Origin: Craspedostauros australis
Taxonomy: Eukaryota
DNA length: 46,434 bases
Reading direction: 5' to 3'
Assembly (NCBI GenBank): GCA_030167865.1
Contig: JALAGF010002467.1
Location: 1-46,434 of the forward strand
The notes beneath the pieces are model-generated. The model saw only the letters and a program-made list of their open reading frames with translations. It was not told where the DNA came from and searched no databases. The position numbers and the translations under genes are program-made. How positions within the stretch are numbered: the first letter of the stretch is position 1; every line of letters starts with the position of its first letter. Below, piece after piece: positions 11,712 to 22,100 of the stretch.

Positions 11712-12314
11712 ATGGATCAGCAGCTTTCACAACTCACGCCGCAGCAGCGCCAGGCTGTCATGATGCAGGCACAGCAGGAGGCCAACCAGCGGATCATGCA
11801 GGACATGATTCAGAAGATGGTCAAGACTTGCTTCACCAAGTGCGCGGGAACATCTGTGAGTCAGCCATCTTCGACGTTCATTCTGTCGTTCATTGCACCT
11901 GGGCAGGAATGGAGAATGGTGACCTTGGCGATGGAGTCAGTGATAGCGTCAGTGGCAGCGTCAGCAACGACTATCTCAGGAAGAAGCAATCGATGGAATC
12001 CATTGCCATGCTTGGAGAAGGCACTCCCATCATGATCTGCTCATCTTCCTTCCTTGCTTGCTTCCTTCCTTCCTTTCATACTCATGACACTCGCTCACCA
12101 TGTAATTCGCTCCATTCCATTCTCCATCGCATCCCATCCCATTACAAAACGACTCCCTCAATGATCATACTCTTTGCTCTACTCAAACTCGATTCCGCAG
12201 GGAGACCGATTGGACAGCCGTGAGCAATCCTGCCTGGCGTCCTGCCAAGACCAATACCTGGAGACGAGAACGCAGGTTCAGCAGGCTTTGGAACAGCGAC
12301 AGAACAGCATGTAA
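11712..12314 (+). CDS. TIM13: Mitochondrial intermembrane-space small Tim chaperone (Tim13-like); exons 11712-11855 and 12201-12314
   Basis: Splicing the GT-AG intron at 11856-12200 gives an 85-aa protein with a twin CX3C motif: ...KMVKTCFTKCAGTS|GDRLDSREQSCLASCQDQYLET... Confidence 0.85.
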
Positions 12315-13164
12315 AAATGTGGCAGATGGAGGCTTGCAATCATATCCACGTGTGTTGCTTGGTGATCCAGCAGAAGAACTTGCATCTCGAACCATTGGCA
12401 AGGTGTAATGTCTCGTCATGCTTCTCTCACAGAAGCGGAATCCTCGATGATTTCTTGTGAACACAGCATGGCGTTCATGAAAGGATTGCACTGCGCAGCC
12501 AGATTATTGTTCAAAGTGGTGCATACATCAATGCAACCGTTTGCAGTGGCAGCGATGTGCACAGTCAAAACTCCATCACCACGACCTCAGTCAAGGCGAC
12601 ACCAACAAATACTCAAATAGAAGCTGCAAGAGAGTACTCCGTTCCGATATCCTCGTAGTCAACGTCTCTTGATCATGAGCAGCAACCGCTCGAGTCAGAT
12701 GCATGAATCATTTGAGCGGAGTAGAGTAACGTGGAGTCAGGTCCACCCATCACACCATTACCAACGCGCTGTCTGTTGCCCTTTTTTGTGTGGAGATACA
12801 CGCTAATCGCTTTAGTGTAGAGCAACGTGTCGTCAAACTGTTCGACGAACTTCTCTTCCACACGACACATCGTTGGTCTCACGGACACGGTTTGTTCGTT
12901 TCGATCTTCTTTCTTTGCGTACTGCTCTCGCGAACGAGCGAACAAACGAGAAGACAAGGAAGAGAGACAAGGCAGGGAGACCTCGACCATGGCGCAACAG
13001 TGAACGGCACGAACCATCGCCCCTTGTATCTTTTTCGTCGTACAAAAACAAGGAGAGAATGAGAAACCCTCCGAGAGAGGCGAAAACACAGCACAGCACA
13101 GCACGACTCAAGAGACAAGCAGCCACGGCAACAGCCACGGCAACAGCAACACTCGCAGTGCACC

Positions 13165-16100
13165 ATGAGCACGAATCCTTTCGATGGCGACGTGTCGTCA
13201 TCCGCAGGGAGACGAACCAGCCGGCTGCGGCCCGGCTCCGGCAGGCCGAGAGGAGTCCCGCGGCCCAAGGCTGAAGATGCGGAACCGGCGATCTGGGCAG
13301 CCAGGAACGTGGAATGGCCGATCCCCACCGCGCTGAGCCTCAGCAACTACCAGAAGCTGCAGCAGACGAGCCGCCAGGCTGGATCGCAGCTGGGCATTGC
13401 GGAGCAGTCGTCTTCGCACGATACCAAGGCGGCGACCTCCAGCGGAGACGACCAGGCCAAGACGGACGAATCCTACTTCTCGGGCATCCTCAGCAGGGTG
13501 CTCAGCCCCACCGTGGAGACGCCCGGCGAGCAGGAGGGAACGCAAGGCAAGGAAGCGACGCATGCGCTGCGTCCGCCTCGCAAGGCCTGCGTGGCGACGG
13601 CCAATTCGTGGATGGTGGCAGCCTTCGAAGTGCAGGGCGACGAGCCGCCATTGCGCTTGGTCAGCCGGTGGAACGTCCGCAGAACCAGCGGCGTGGATCA
13701 GTGGATGGCCTTGCCACCGCCGGTCAACGGCGACGGCCGCATCGCGCACGTCTTCTGCGATCCCACGGGCTGCCACACCCTCGTCAGCGCTCGCAACGGA
13801 GAGGCCTACTACCATCACTCGTCCGTGCGGTACCTGCAGAAGCTCTCCGGCTTCGGTCGCAACCCCGATGGCTCCTGGCCGACCCTGACGAGCGTCTCCG
13901 CCACGCAGGTCGCGCAGGAGAATGTCAACAGCAGCGGCAAGACCTCGACCAACGCCTCCAGCATTCAGAACGGCCTGTCGATCGGATCCTACGTGACGGC
14001 CATCGCCTGGGACAGAGAGCGCGGCACGGAGGGGTCCAGCAAGACGGTGCTGCTCGGCACCGATTCCGGTGAGATCTACGAGCACGCCTTCATGTCTCCC
14101 AGCTCGACGCAGAGCGATGACAGCAAGAACAAGTTCACGCAACCTGTGCTGCTGCATCAGCTCAATTCCGACGGCGCCGTCACAGGGCTGGCATTCGAAC
14201 GCCTGCGCGCGGGATTGCTCGTGATGTGCTGCACTTCCGGACGCGACAAGCGGACCCGCTTCTACACATTCTACTCGGCCAACAACAACTCCTTCCGCAT
14301 GGCATTGGCGGACGAATCCTATTCCTCGTTGGTGGAGCTCCCGGGCAGCGTGGATTGCGCGGAGCTGCGCATTTGCAACGATCAAATCAGCATGGGCACG
14401 GCGACGGGCATTTACTACGGCACCATCGACCGGCAGCTGGCGGGTCCGGCATTCCTGGGCGGGGCCTTGATCATGGATTCTGGCATCCTGCCCTTCAGAG
14501 ACTCCAACATCCCGGTCTCGACAGCGCTCACGCCGCATCACATCATCACCCTCTCCGACAACAACGAGGTCCGCTTCATCAACCGTGTCGCGCAGAAGGT
14601 CATCCAGAAGGAACGCGTCGACTGGGTCTCCCAATCCACATCATCCAGCATCGATGAAACTCGCATGGGAGTGGGCGAGCTCATCATGGACATCCGCCGT
14701 CCAGATCAGGTCTGGTTGCGCAAAGGCAGGAACCTCGTTCATATCTCGCCCACGCAGGAGGATCGCGATGTGTGGAAGTTCACGCTCTTCAAGGCCCTCG
14801 CCATGACCGTGCGATCCTCAGCAACACCACCCCCTGCGGCGGACAGGGGCGGTGTCACCGCTTCCACCACGACGCTGCTTTCGGAGGAGGAGAAGGCGCA
14901 AGAAGGACTGTTCGAGCAAGCCAAGCTCTTGTGCACAAATGCAAGCCAAAAGGCCGTGGTGACGGCAGTTCGTGCCGAATACCATCTCTCGCAGGGTCGT
15001 GCCGAGCTGGCGGCAAAATACCTTGCTCAATGCCCACCCGTTCTGGAGCCCTTCGCCAATTCTGCTATCCGTCTGGCGCTGCCCATGCTCGGCATCGACG
15101 ATCCGCATTCCTACGGCCGATCGCAGAACGCCAAGGAATCTCTCAAATCCAACACGCCTCTGATCACCTACCTGTCCGACAAGATGCGCGTTGCCAAGAA
15201 CAACGACGACAAGATGTCGTGCACCATGATCGGGGCCTGGCTTACGGAGCTCCATCTCCACCAGCGCGAAACCGAGGCATCGGCCAAGCAAGGCCTCACC
15301 ACCTTCCTCACAAGTCAAGTGCAGAACATGGATGCCAAAACCATCATGAAGATCCTCAGTTCGCACGACGTCAGCGCTGCAGAATGCGCCCTGTATGCAG
15401 CCTCCAGCGGCGATCTGGCCACCGCCATCAATGCCGCATTGCACATCGGGACAGGCTCGAATGAAGGCGTTGCGGACGCTTTGCGCATCCTGAACAATGC
15501 ACCTTTCGAGCTGGCGGAACCGTTGTACTACAAGCACGCGCTGACCTTGCTATCACGCGCACCGGTCATGGCAGGCAAGTCCTTCCTCTCGCGCTACACG
15601 CACGGCCTCAGCCCAACTCGAATGCTTCCATCCCTCATGCAATACGAGCGGCTTCGCGCGGAAAGGGCGGTCTCGCGCAAGATCTCGAACGTGCGCGGCA
15701 TGTCGCAGTACGGATCCGACAAGAGCAGACCGAGAAACGGCAGCATAGGAGGCGTGGAAGAGTCCAAGACGATGGAGAAGATCGAGGTTGATGGTCCCGA
15801 AATGGCACTGGCCAGCGGCGGCAGCGTCGAAATCGAAGTCAAGGTGATGAATGCTGCGAGCGCCTTCGTTGACGATCCCAACATAACGGCACGCTACCTC
15901 GAGGGTGTCATCAAGCTGGGATGTCGCAGCAGCGCGATCTACAGCTTCCTCATCTCACTTTACGTCAAACTCAACGACGAAGAACCGCTGTACAAGTTCC
16001 TTTCGGAGCATTTGCCTGGAGCAGCGGCAGTGGCGGATGCATCCCGCAGAAGTGGGTTGCATGGCCAAGACGGACTTTCGGGTCCGTTGGACATGTCGTA

Positions 16101-16941
16101 CGCGTTGCGTGCCATCCTGGCCACAGGACGCCACTTCCGTTCCGCCATCAAGCTGTACATGGGATTCGGTATGAGACAGCAGGCGGTTGAGCTCGCATTG
16201 AAGGTGGATCCGTCGTTGGCCCGTGAGCTGGCGCAGGACAGCGTCGAGCTCGACGAACGCAAGCGTCTCTGGTTGATGATCGCCAAGAACGCAGCATCGG
16301 AAGGCGTCGACACTGGTGAGATCGACGTCGTCTCCAAGGTCGTCTCGGTGCTGCGAGACTGCGGTCCGGATGTTCTCTCCATTGAAGACGTGCTGCCGTT
16401 CCTGCCAGATTTCGCGCAGATTGATCAGATCAAGGACGAGATCTGCGAGGCGCTGACGTCGTACTCGTCGAAGATCGAATCATACCTGAAGGAGATGAAC
16501 GATTGCGATCAAACGTGCGACTCGCTGCGAACGGAGATCCAGCGACTGAGAAATCATCGCATGGAGATGAAGGCCAACGCGCGATGCGCGATCACGAACA
16601 AGACGGTCCTCAATGCCGGCGAGCCGTTCTACGTCTTCCCATCTGGTTTCGTCGTGCTGGAAACGGCGCTGAAACGGGAGGTCATGCCACATTTGAACAA
16701 CCGCCAACGCACACGCGTCGCGGAGATTGAAAGAGAGGTCAGGAACACGTCACGCAGTGCGATTTATTCCGAAGCCGCTATCGCCAAGCTGCAGACGGAG
16801 CTGGATGGTTTGATTGCCGCAGAATGCCCTTTGACCGGGTCCATCATGGTGGACAGCATCGATCGGGGATTTGATGCCGATGGCGACTTCTCTGACTTTG
16901 GCGATCAGCAGAATGGACATGAATTTGTAGCTCACGTGTGA
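13165..16941 (+). CDS. VPS18: Vps18/Pep3 (HOPS/CORVET core subunit)
   Basis: N-terminal beta-propeller (HVFCDPTGCHTLVS, VLLGTDSGEIYE), E-DRDVWK, clathrin-repeat solenoid, LSIEDVLPFLPDF...IDQIKDEICEAL, and C-terminal FYVFP...ECPLTGSIMVDSID. Intronless, 1258 aa. Confidence 0.93.
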   Translation: MSTNPFDGDVSSSAGRRTSRLRPGSGRPRGVPRPKAEDAEPAIWAARNVEWPIPTALSLSNYQKLQQTSRQAGSQLGIAEQSSSHDTKAATSSGDDQAKTDESYFSGILSRVLSPTVETPGEQEGTQGKEATHALRPPRKACVATANSWMVAAFEVQGDEPPLRLVSRWNVRRTSGVDQWMALPPPVNGDGRIAHVFCDPTGCHTLVSARNGEAYYHHSSVRYLQKLSGFGRNPDGSWPTLTSVSATQVAQENVNSSGKTSTNASSIQNGLSIGSYVTAIAWDRERGTEGSSKTVLLGTDSGEIYEHAFMSPSSTQSDDSKNKFTQPVLLHQLNSDGAVTGLAFERLRAGLLVMCCTSGRDKRTRFYTFYSANNNSFRMALADESYSSLVELPGSVDCAELRICNDQISMGTATGIYYGTIDRQLAGPAFLGGALIMDSGILPFRDSNIPVSTALTPHHIITLSDNNEVRFINRVAQKVIQKERVDWVSQSTSSSIDETRMGVGELIMDIRRPDQVWLRKGRNLVHISPTQEDRDVWKFTLFKALAMTVRSSATPPPAADRGGVTASTTTLLSEEEKAQEGLFEQAKLLCTNASQKAVVTAVRAEYHLSQGRAELAAKYLAQCPPVLEPFANSAIRLALPMLGIDDPHSYGRSQNAKESLKSNTPLITYLSDKMRVAKNNDDKMSCTMIGAWLTELHLHQRETEASAKQGLTTFLTSQVQNMDAKTIMKILSSHDVSAAECALYAASSGDLATAINAALHIGTGSNEGVADALRILNNAPFELAEPLYYKHALTLLSRAPVMAGKSFLSRYTHGLSPTRMLPSLMQYERLRAERAVSRKISNVRGMSQYGSDKSRPRNGSIGGVEESKTMEKIEVDGPEMALASGGSVEIEVKVMNAASAFVDDPNITARYLEGVIKLGCRSSAIYSFLISLYVKLNDEEPLYKFLSEHLPGAAAVADASRRSGLHGQDGLSGPLDMSYALRAILATGRHFRSAIKLYMGFGMRQQAVELALKVDPSLARELAQDSVELDERKRLWLMIAKNAASEGVDTGEIDVVSKVVSVLRDCGPDVLSIEDVLPFLPDFAQIDQIKDEICEALTSYSSKIESYLKEMNDCDQTCDSLRTEIQRLRNHRMEMKANARCAITNKTVLNAGEPFYVFPSGFVVLETALKREVMPHLNNRQRTRVAEIEREVRNTSRSAIYSEAAIAKLQTELDGLIAAECPLTGSIMVDSIDRGFDADGDFSDFGDQQNGHEFVAHV

Positions 16942-17262
16942 TCTCCCAAACAATGCTTCCTTGGATACTTTCTCTTCTGACAAGTGATGAGAATGGGCAG
17001 GCGCATGATGCCGCAACACAAGCAGACCACCGCCACTACTGTGCTCGCACCAGTAGTACGATACATATTGTCAAAACTATCATGATGTATTACATTATAT
17101 ATTCGTTGGTAGTGGTCCAATGTCATTGTGGACAATGGCGCTGCGCCAATAAGTCAACAATGAGAGGACTGCACATGTTGGAGACAGTGTTCTACTCGCA
17201 AAACACTGTTGAATAGTGGTACGAGTCGAGGACCACTCTTGCATCCGAAGGGGTTGTCTGCG

Positions 17263-18465
17263 CTATTGCTGTCGATCTTTCATCAGCTGCTTTGCCGAGA
17301 AGCGCTCAAATTGATGCTTGCAATGCGATGTCTGTTCCAAGGCATGCTCCGCATCCTTGCAGGGTATTTGTTCGCCTTCCAGCAAGGGCGAGAGGACTGG
17401 CAGTAATCTTTTCGCAATCGGCGTTGCGGCCGTCATGGGGTCCCCGACGGTGGGGCATTCATCCTGACCTCTCAGATACCCATTGACGATTCTGTCAATC
17501 TCCTTTCGCAGGTCGTGCACGGCATCCTCATCCTTGTTGGATACCATGATGATCTCCAAGGCCCGCAGTTGACGTTTGATGTTGGTGACAGCCAACGCGA
17601 CGCCTTCTGACAAGGTGTCTTCGCTATCCGACTGCCGCAACTCTTCGTCCGCTTTCCAATTTCCCAAGAACTCAGTCAGCGCATCCTCCACCTCAATGGC
17701 ATCATCCATGATCTGATCCAACGTGAGCGTCAGGACGGGTATCTGATCGCCCGCCTTGCGCGTGATGCTGCAGTGCCATTCCATCAAGATCTCCGCCGTT
17801 TGCTGAACATCCGCCAACGACATCGCTGGAAAATGCCTGACTTCGTCGTCGGTCATCATGGCCAGCAACACGTCGCCGACCGCGAGCAGCAGCGGCAGGC
17901 TGACGAAGTGCACGATGAGAGAGTACTCGGCAGCATCGCCCTCCGCATCGCCGTTCCCACCCCCGTCGTTGTCGCTTTTCCATTTTAACGGAAGGTTGCT
18001 CGTTGGCATCACCTGGATATCGGGCGCATCGCCACCGCCTTCCGCGGAGTATTTCATGATGAGGAACTGCTTGAGATACTCCAAGCACAGCCTGCCAAAT
18101 CTGCCCGGCGGTATCAGCACTCCCAGCTTGATGGGGTTGTGGGAATGGGGTGGAGCGGTGCAGTGCTCCGTGTCGTGACACACGTGCAACGCGTGCAGGA
18201 CGGTTTCGTCGAAACGATTGTCCAGCCAGAGCTGGGACGAGCTGAGGGAGTCGACGTCCACTTCGCCGTTGGCGGAATCTGCCGCATCCATTCCATCTCC
18301 CATCAGCAAGCCGGGGGACACCGCCTGCCCTCTCTGCACATCGAGTCCGCGCTCGACAAGGAACAGCTGGAACAGGGATGCCAGCACCACCCAGCAGACG
18401 ATCAGGATCAATCCAATGAGGATCGGCCTCGAGGATCCCTTGAGTTTGAGCATGGGTTGTGTCAT
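17263..18465 (-). CDS. Hypothetical type II membrane protein, possibly with a degenerate sulfotransferase-like fold
   Basis: Open 400-codon frame from ATG 18465. Short basic N-tail, TM anchor (ILIGLILIVCWVVLASLFQLFLV), stem and globular domain. Confidence 0.7.
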   Translation of the reverse strand: MTQPMLKLKGSSRPILIGLILIVCWVVLASLFQLFLVERGLDVQRGQAVSPGLLMGDGMDAADSANGEVDVDSLSSSQLWLDNRFDETVLHALHVCHDTEHCTAPPHSHNPIKLGVLIPPGRFGRLCLEYLKQFLIMKYSAEGGGDAPDIQVMPTSNLPLKWKSDNDGGGNGDAEGDAAEYSLIVHFVSLPLLLAVGDVLLAMMTDDEVRHFPAMSLADVQQTAEILMEWHCSITRKAGDQIPVLTLTLDQIMDDAIEVEDALTEFLGNWKADEELRQSDSEDTLSEGVALAVTNIKRQLRALEIIMVSNKDEDAVHDLRKEIDRIVNGYLRGQDECPTVGDPMTAATPIAKRLLPVLSPLLEGEQIPCKDAEHALEQTSHCKHQFERFSAKQLMKDRQQ

Positions 18466-19122
18466 ATGTTTGCTGCACGAGCGCTTGCAGAGGGTTGGCT
18501 GGACGAATAGCAGCTGGATGTGCGAGCACAAGGACTACCTCTGCAATGCAGGCATGCTCGTACGAGTAGTCGTAGTGGAGGCAATAGTAGTAGCCATCGC
18601 TGGTGGAGGTTTGCCCCTGGCTGGGTCCTCGAGGACGGTTGCTTTGGACATCTCAGAACTCGCGCTTTGGTGTCAGTTGGTGGCGATTCCTGGGCGATGA
18701 TTTCGTGTCGTTTTTGGTCGTGGTTGTGTCCTCATTCAGTTCTATTTCTATTTACAGGCATAAATTTAAGTGTGGAAATGGTCAAAACAAAACAGAAGGA
18801 GTAATTTCGTGCTGGTTTCGACAAATAGCGTTCTGCACGTCCAGCGATTGAGAGTAATGACTCATACGATTCTAATTCTTCGACCAAAAATCGTGGGATT
18901 GCACCGTGTTGAGATCATCATGTGCCCAATTGACCATGACAACAGCGATGATCACAGGAAGACACGGAGATACGGATACTCTGTGAGAAGAGGGAAGCAA
19001 CAGGGAGCAACTGCCGAAGACTCCACCAATACCTCCATCAATACCTCCATCCGCACCTATTATACGTGCATGTACCATCATTCGTAGAATATCAGCATCT
19101 GCATCTACATCTGCATTTTGTC

Positions 19123-22100
19123 ATGACTAGCTTGAACGACAATCACAGCCGCGATGGGTCGCTGGGCGTGAGCATGCATCGGGGCTCGAAGCAGGGCAAC
19201 AGCAACGGCAATGGCAGGGGCAGAGGCGAAGTGGCCACGATGGGTTCACCGATGCTGCGGCAGTCCTTCCCAGCTGCGATCCTGGACCCTGCGCAGCAGC
19301 TGTCGGCGCTGCGTGACAACCATTCGGCCTATTCCGCAGTGGCAAAGTCCTGCCTCCATCTCAGCCAGTACGCAGGCAACGGAAGCCACGCGTCGTCGGA
19401 GGACACAGGGTCGGTTCAATTCAGCTCCCTCTTTCATGATACCGCCTACGCAGAGACGATGAACACGGTCTTTGCAGCGCTGATGGAATGCATCAAAACG
19501 CACGATGACCGACGCGCACGAATAGCGGCCTCGCGAACCCTCGCATTTATGGCCCGCAGCACGTACGCTCGCATCCGGCATTCGCCTCACCTTTTCGCCA
19601 TGCGAGAGTCCGTCGTCAATCGCCTTGAGGATGATGTGGGGACCGAAGTCCCGACGGCCTTGTGCACCGCCGCTCTGGATGATCCAGACGAGGGTGTGGC
19701 GGCCACCGCGTTGGAGTCCTTGGGAATCATGACTCTATCGTCGCTCGACACGCCAGGGACCTTGGTGGAAGATGAATTGACCAAGGAGATACTGAGCCTC
19801 ACATCTGCCAAGGCAGCACCGCACGCGCCGACATTGTCGCAGATCTCCGACGAGGATCCCACAATCCCGCAGACCGAGCTGCAGAGCCGCATCTTCGGGA
19901 ATGTCATCGCGCCCCGTTTGTTGCAGCTGGTTTGCAGGGCCACGGCGTTCGAGTCCTTCAAGAATGTCGAACGCATCCTACCCATGCTCACGGCCAGCTT
20001 GGTGCACCAATCCAAGGTCATGCCGCTCAAAGGCTTCGGGATGGACCGCACCACCCACACCAAGCGTTGGGGAGAGCTGGACTTTGTGTCCATGGTTGAT
20101 GACATCATCAACGATTTGCTCATCCCCATGATGCGCTCGCACCATGCCGGCCACGTAGCCAAGACAGTTGCGCTCTGCACCATCCGATTGATCCATGCGT
20201 GCCCGCAGGCCTCCTGGATCGAACAAGCGTGCCAATGGACCTTGCTTGTGCTGCAGGAAGATTACGCGATGTCACGGGACACCGAGGCGCGCATGAGCTG
20301 CCTTGCGGCGATGCTCATTTGCTGTCGTGCGCAAGACATCGGAACGCGGTCGACAGCTCTTCGTTTCATCGCAGAGAAGCTCATCTCTGACATCCCATCC
20401 ACCAAGATAGCACCGCCCAACATCTGCAGTGCAGGACTCATGCTGCAAGCCAGAGGTGTGTCGCAGTATCGAATTCCAGCAAGGGCGGCGTTGCTGGCAG
20501 AAATCTGCTTGTCATTCTTGGTGGACGGACAGGGCGGTGCGGCAATGCAAGACACTACCAACCACAGCAAGGCATTCGATGCATTCATGAAGTCGACAAC
20601 TTTCGCCAAAGCTATCAAAGAGACGCAGGATGGCAAGCCAACGGCCATTCGTGAAGAGATCATCCTTGCATTCTGCATGGCAGCCGTGGGAGTGGGCCGT
20701 TCCTACAGACAGCCACGAAATAGCAAGAAATCCGGACACCTGGTAGTCACTTCATCGCAGGAGAACTTTGATGAATGGCAACGCATGTCCGTCTCCATCC
20801 TCAATGCCTTCGAGACCTGCGTTGGATGGGGATCGTCTCCATCGTACATGGAGGAAGAGATTACGCTGACAGTCGCGGCCCAGGCCAGCTATGTGCGCCT
20901 TGTTCAGGAACTGCTGCACGGATCGGGTCTTCTCGGCAGTGTCTCGGTGTCGCTGCGCATGGCACCGACGGCCTCGCCACCTAACATGCTGTGGGATCAG
21001 ATGGAAGAGTCAGCAGCCTTCCTTGGTCGGTTCGATGCGGTTGGATCGTCCACGTTCATGCCGGAGCCTATCTCATCGCTCCTGCACAAGTTGGTGCAGA
21101 AGGAAATCAAAGGTCAAGGCATCGTTTCGCATCATATGCGCCTCTTTCTGTTGTCGTTGGCGGCAGATTCCTGGGTCCAGGCCAGGTATCACGCCATCCA
21201 AGGCGATTACAACTCCAGCGGCTCACAAGCATCGATATCCGCAAGTGACATTGATCTCAAGGGCGCCAAGGATCTTCTGCAGGCGCTCTCGCCACGCCGG
21301 GTCTTCAGCAAGGTGGTGGAGAGCCAGAAGGGCGAGTTCGAGCAATACACAAAGAAGAAGAAGGAGCTCTACAAGAAGTACGCTCAGGATACGGTCACGG
21401 TCTGCGTTGCGTGCATCGAGAATATTGCGCTGAGCGCATGCGACTGGAGGAAACGATTCGGCGCAAGCGATGAGACAAAGCAGATTCTGACGTCTTCGGT
21501 CATCTCGTTGCAAGGCAAATCCGGTGACGCAGAGTCTCAGGCTCCCGTCCTGCCTGTCTGCCAAGGAGCCATCGAACGCATTCAGGCGCAGTTCTCCAAC
21601 CCGGATGCGTCGAATCCGGACGCACTCTCGCTATCACCTCTCGTGACGAACGTCAACGAGCTGGAACGCAGACCCGTGGTGACAGCGGCGCGATCGCAGC
21701 AGGGGCCCGATATGTACAAGCGAGGGTACCTAACCCAGATGCTGCGGCAAGTGATTGCGGGCCGCATCGATCAGGCAACGTTATCACTGCCCACTGTATA
21801 CTCGCTGAATGCACCAGTCAGGAAACAGAACTTCCTCAGACTCAGCACGCCGCCACTGCCCGAGCACCGAATTTCTCCTGTATCGATGGAAAACATCCCA
21901 AGGTTTGCGTGGCTGTCAAACGTCTCGTCTGTGACGGGTGGTTCGGATGCGTCGTCAGTCATGCTGGCATACTCGATGCGCCGCAATCTCCGCTACGATG
22001 GCGAGAATGAATTCCGGCTCAGCGTCTCCATGCGGCTTCACAACACAACGCCCGTTGACATCGAAAACGGCGTGCGGTTGCAAGTGGGTATCGCGCAGGA

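Noticed and set aside
11312-12223. 303-aa plus-strand ORF over the Tim13 locus
   Set aside because: Low-complexity alternative frame. The spliced Tim13 model explains the locus.
13198-14634. 478-aa antisense ORF inside Vps18 (and similar long antisense ORFs in other genes)
   Set aside because: GC3-rich shadow frames with no recognisable motifs.
16983-17100. GTGATGA (box C-like) downstream of Vps18; a similar ATGATGA at about 29054
   Set aside because: No matching CTGA box D or terminal stem at a suitable distance. A snoRNA is not supported.
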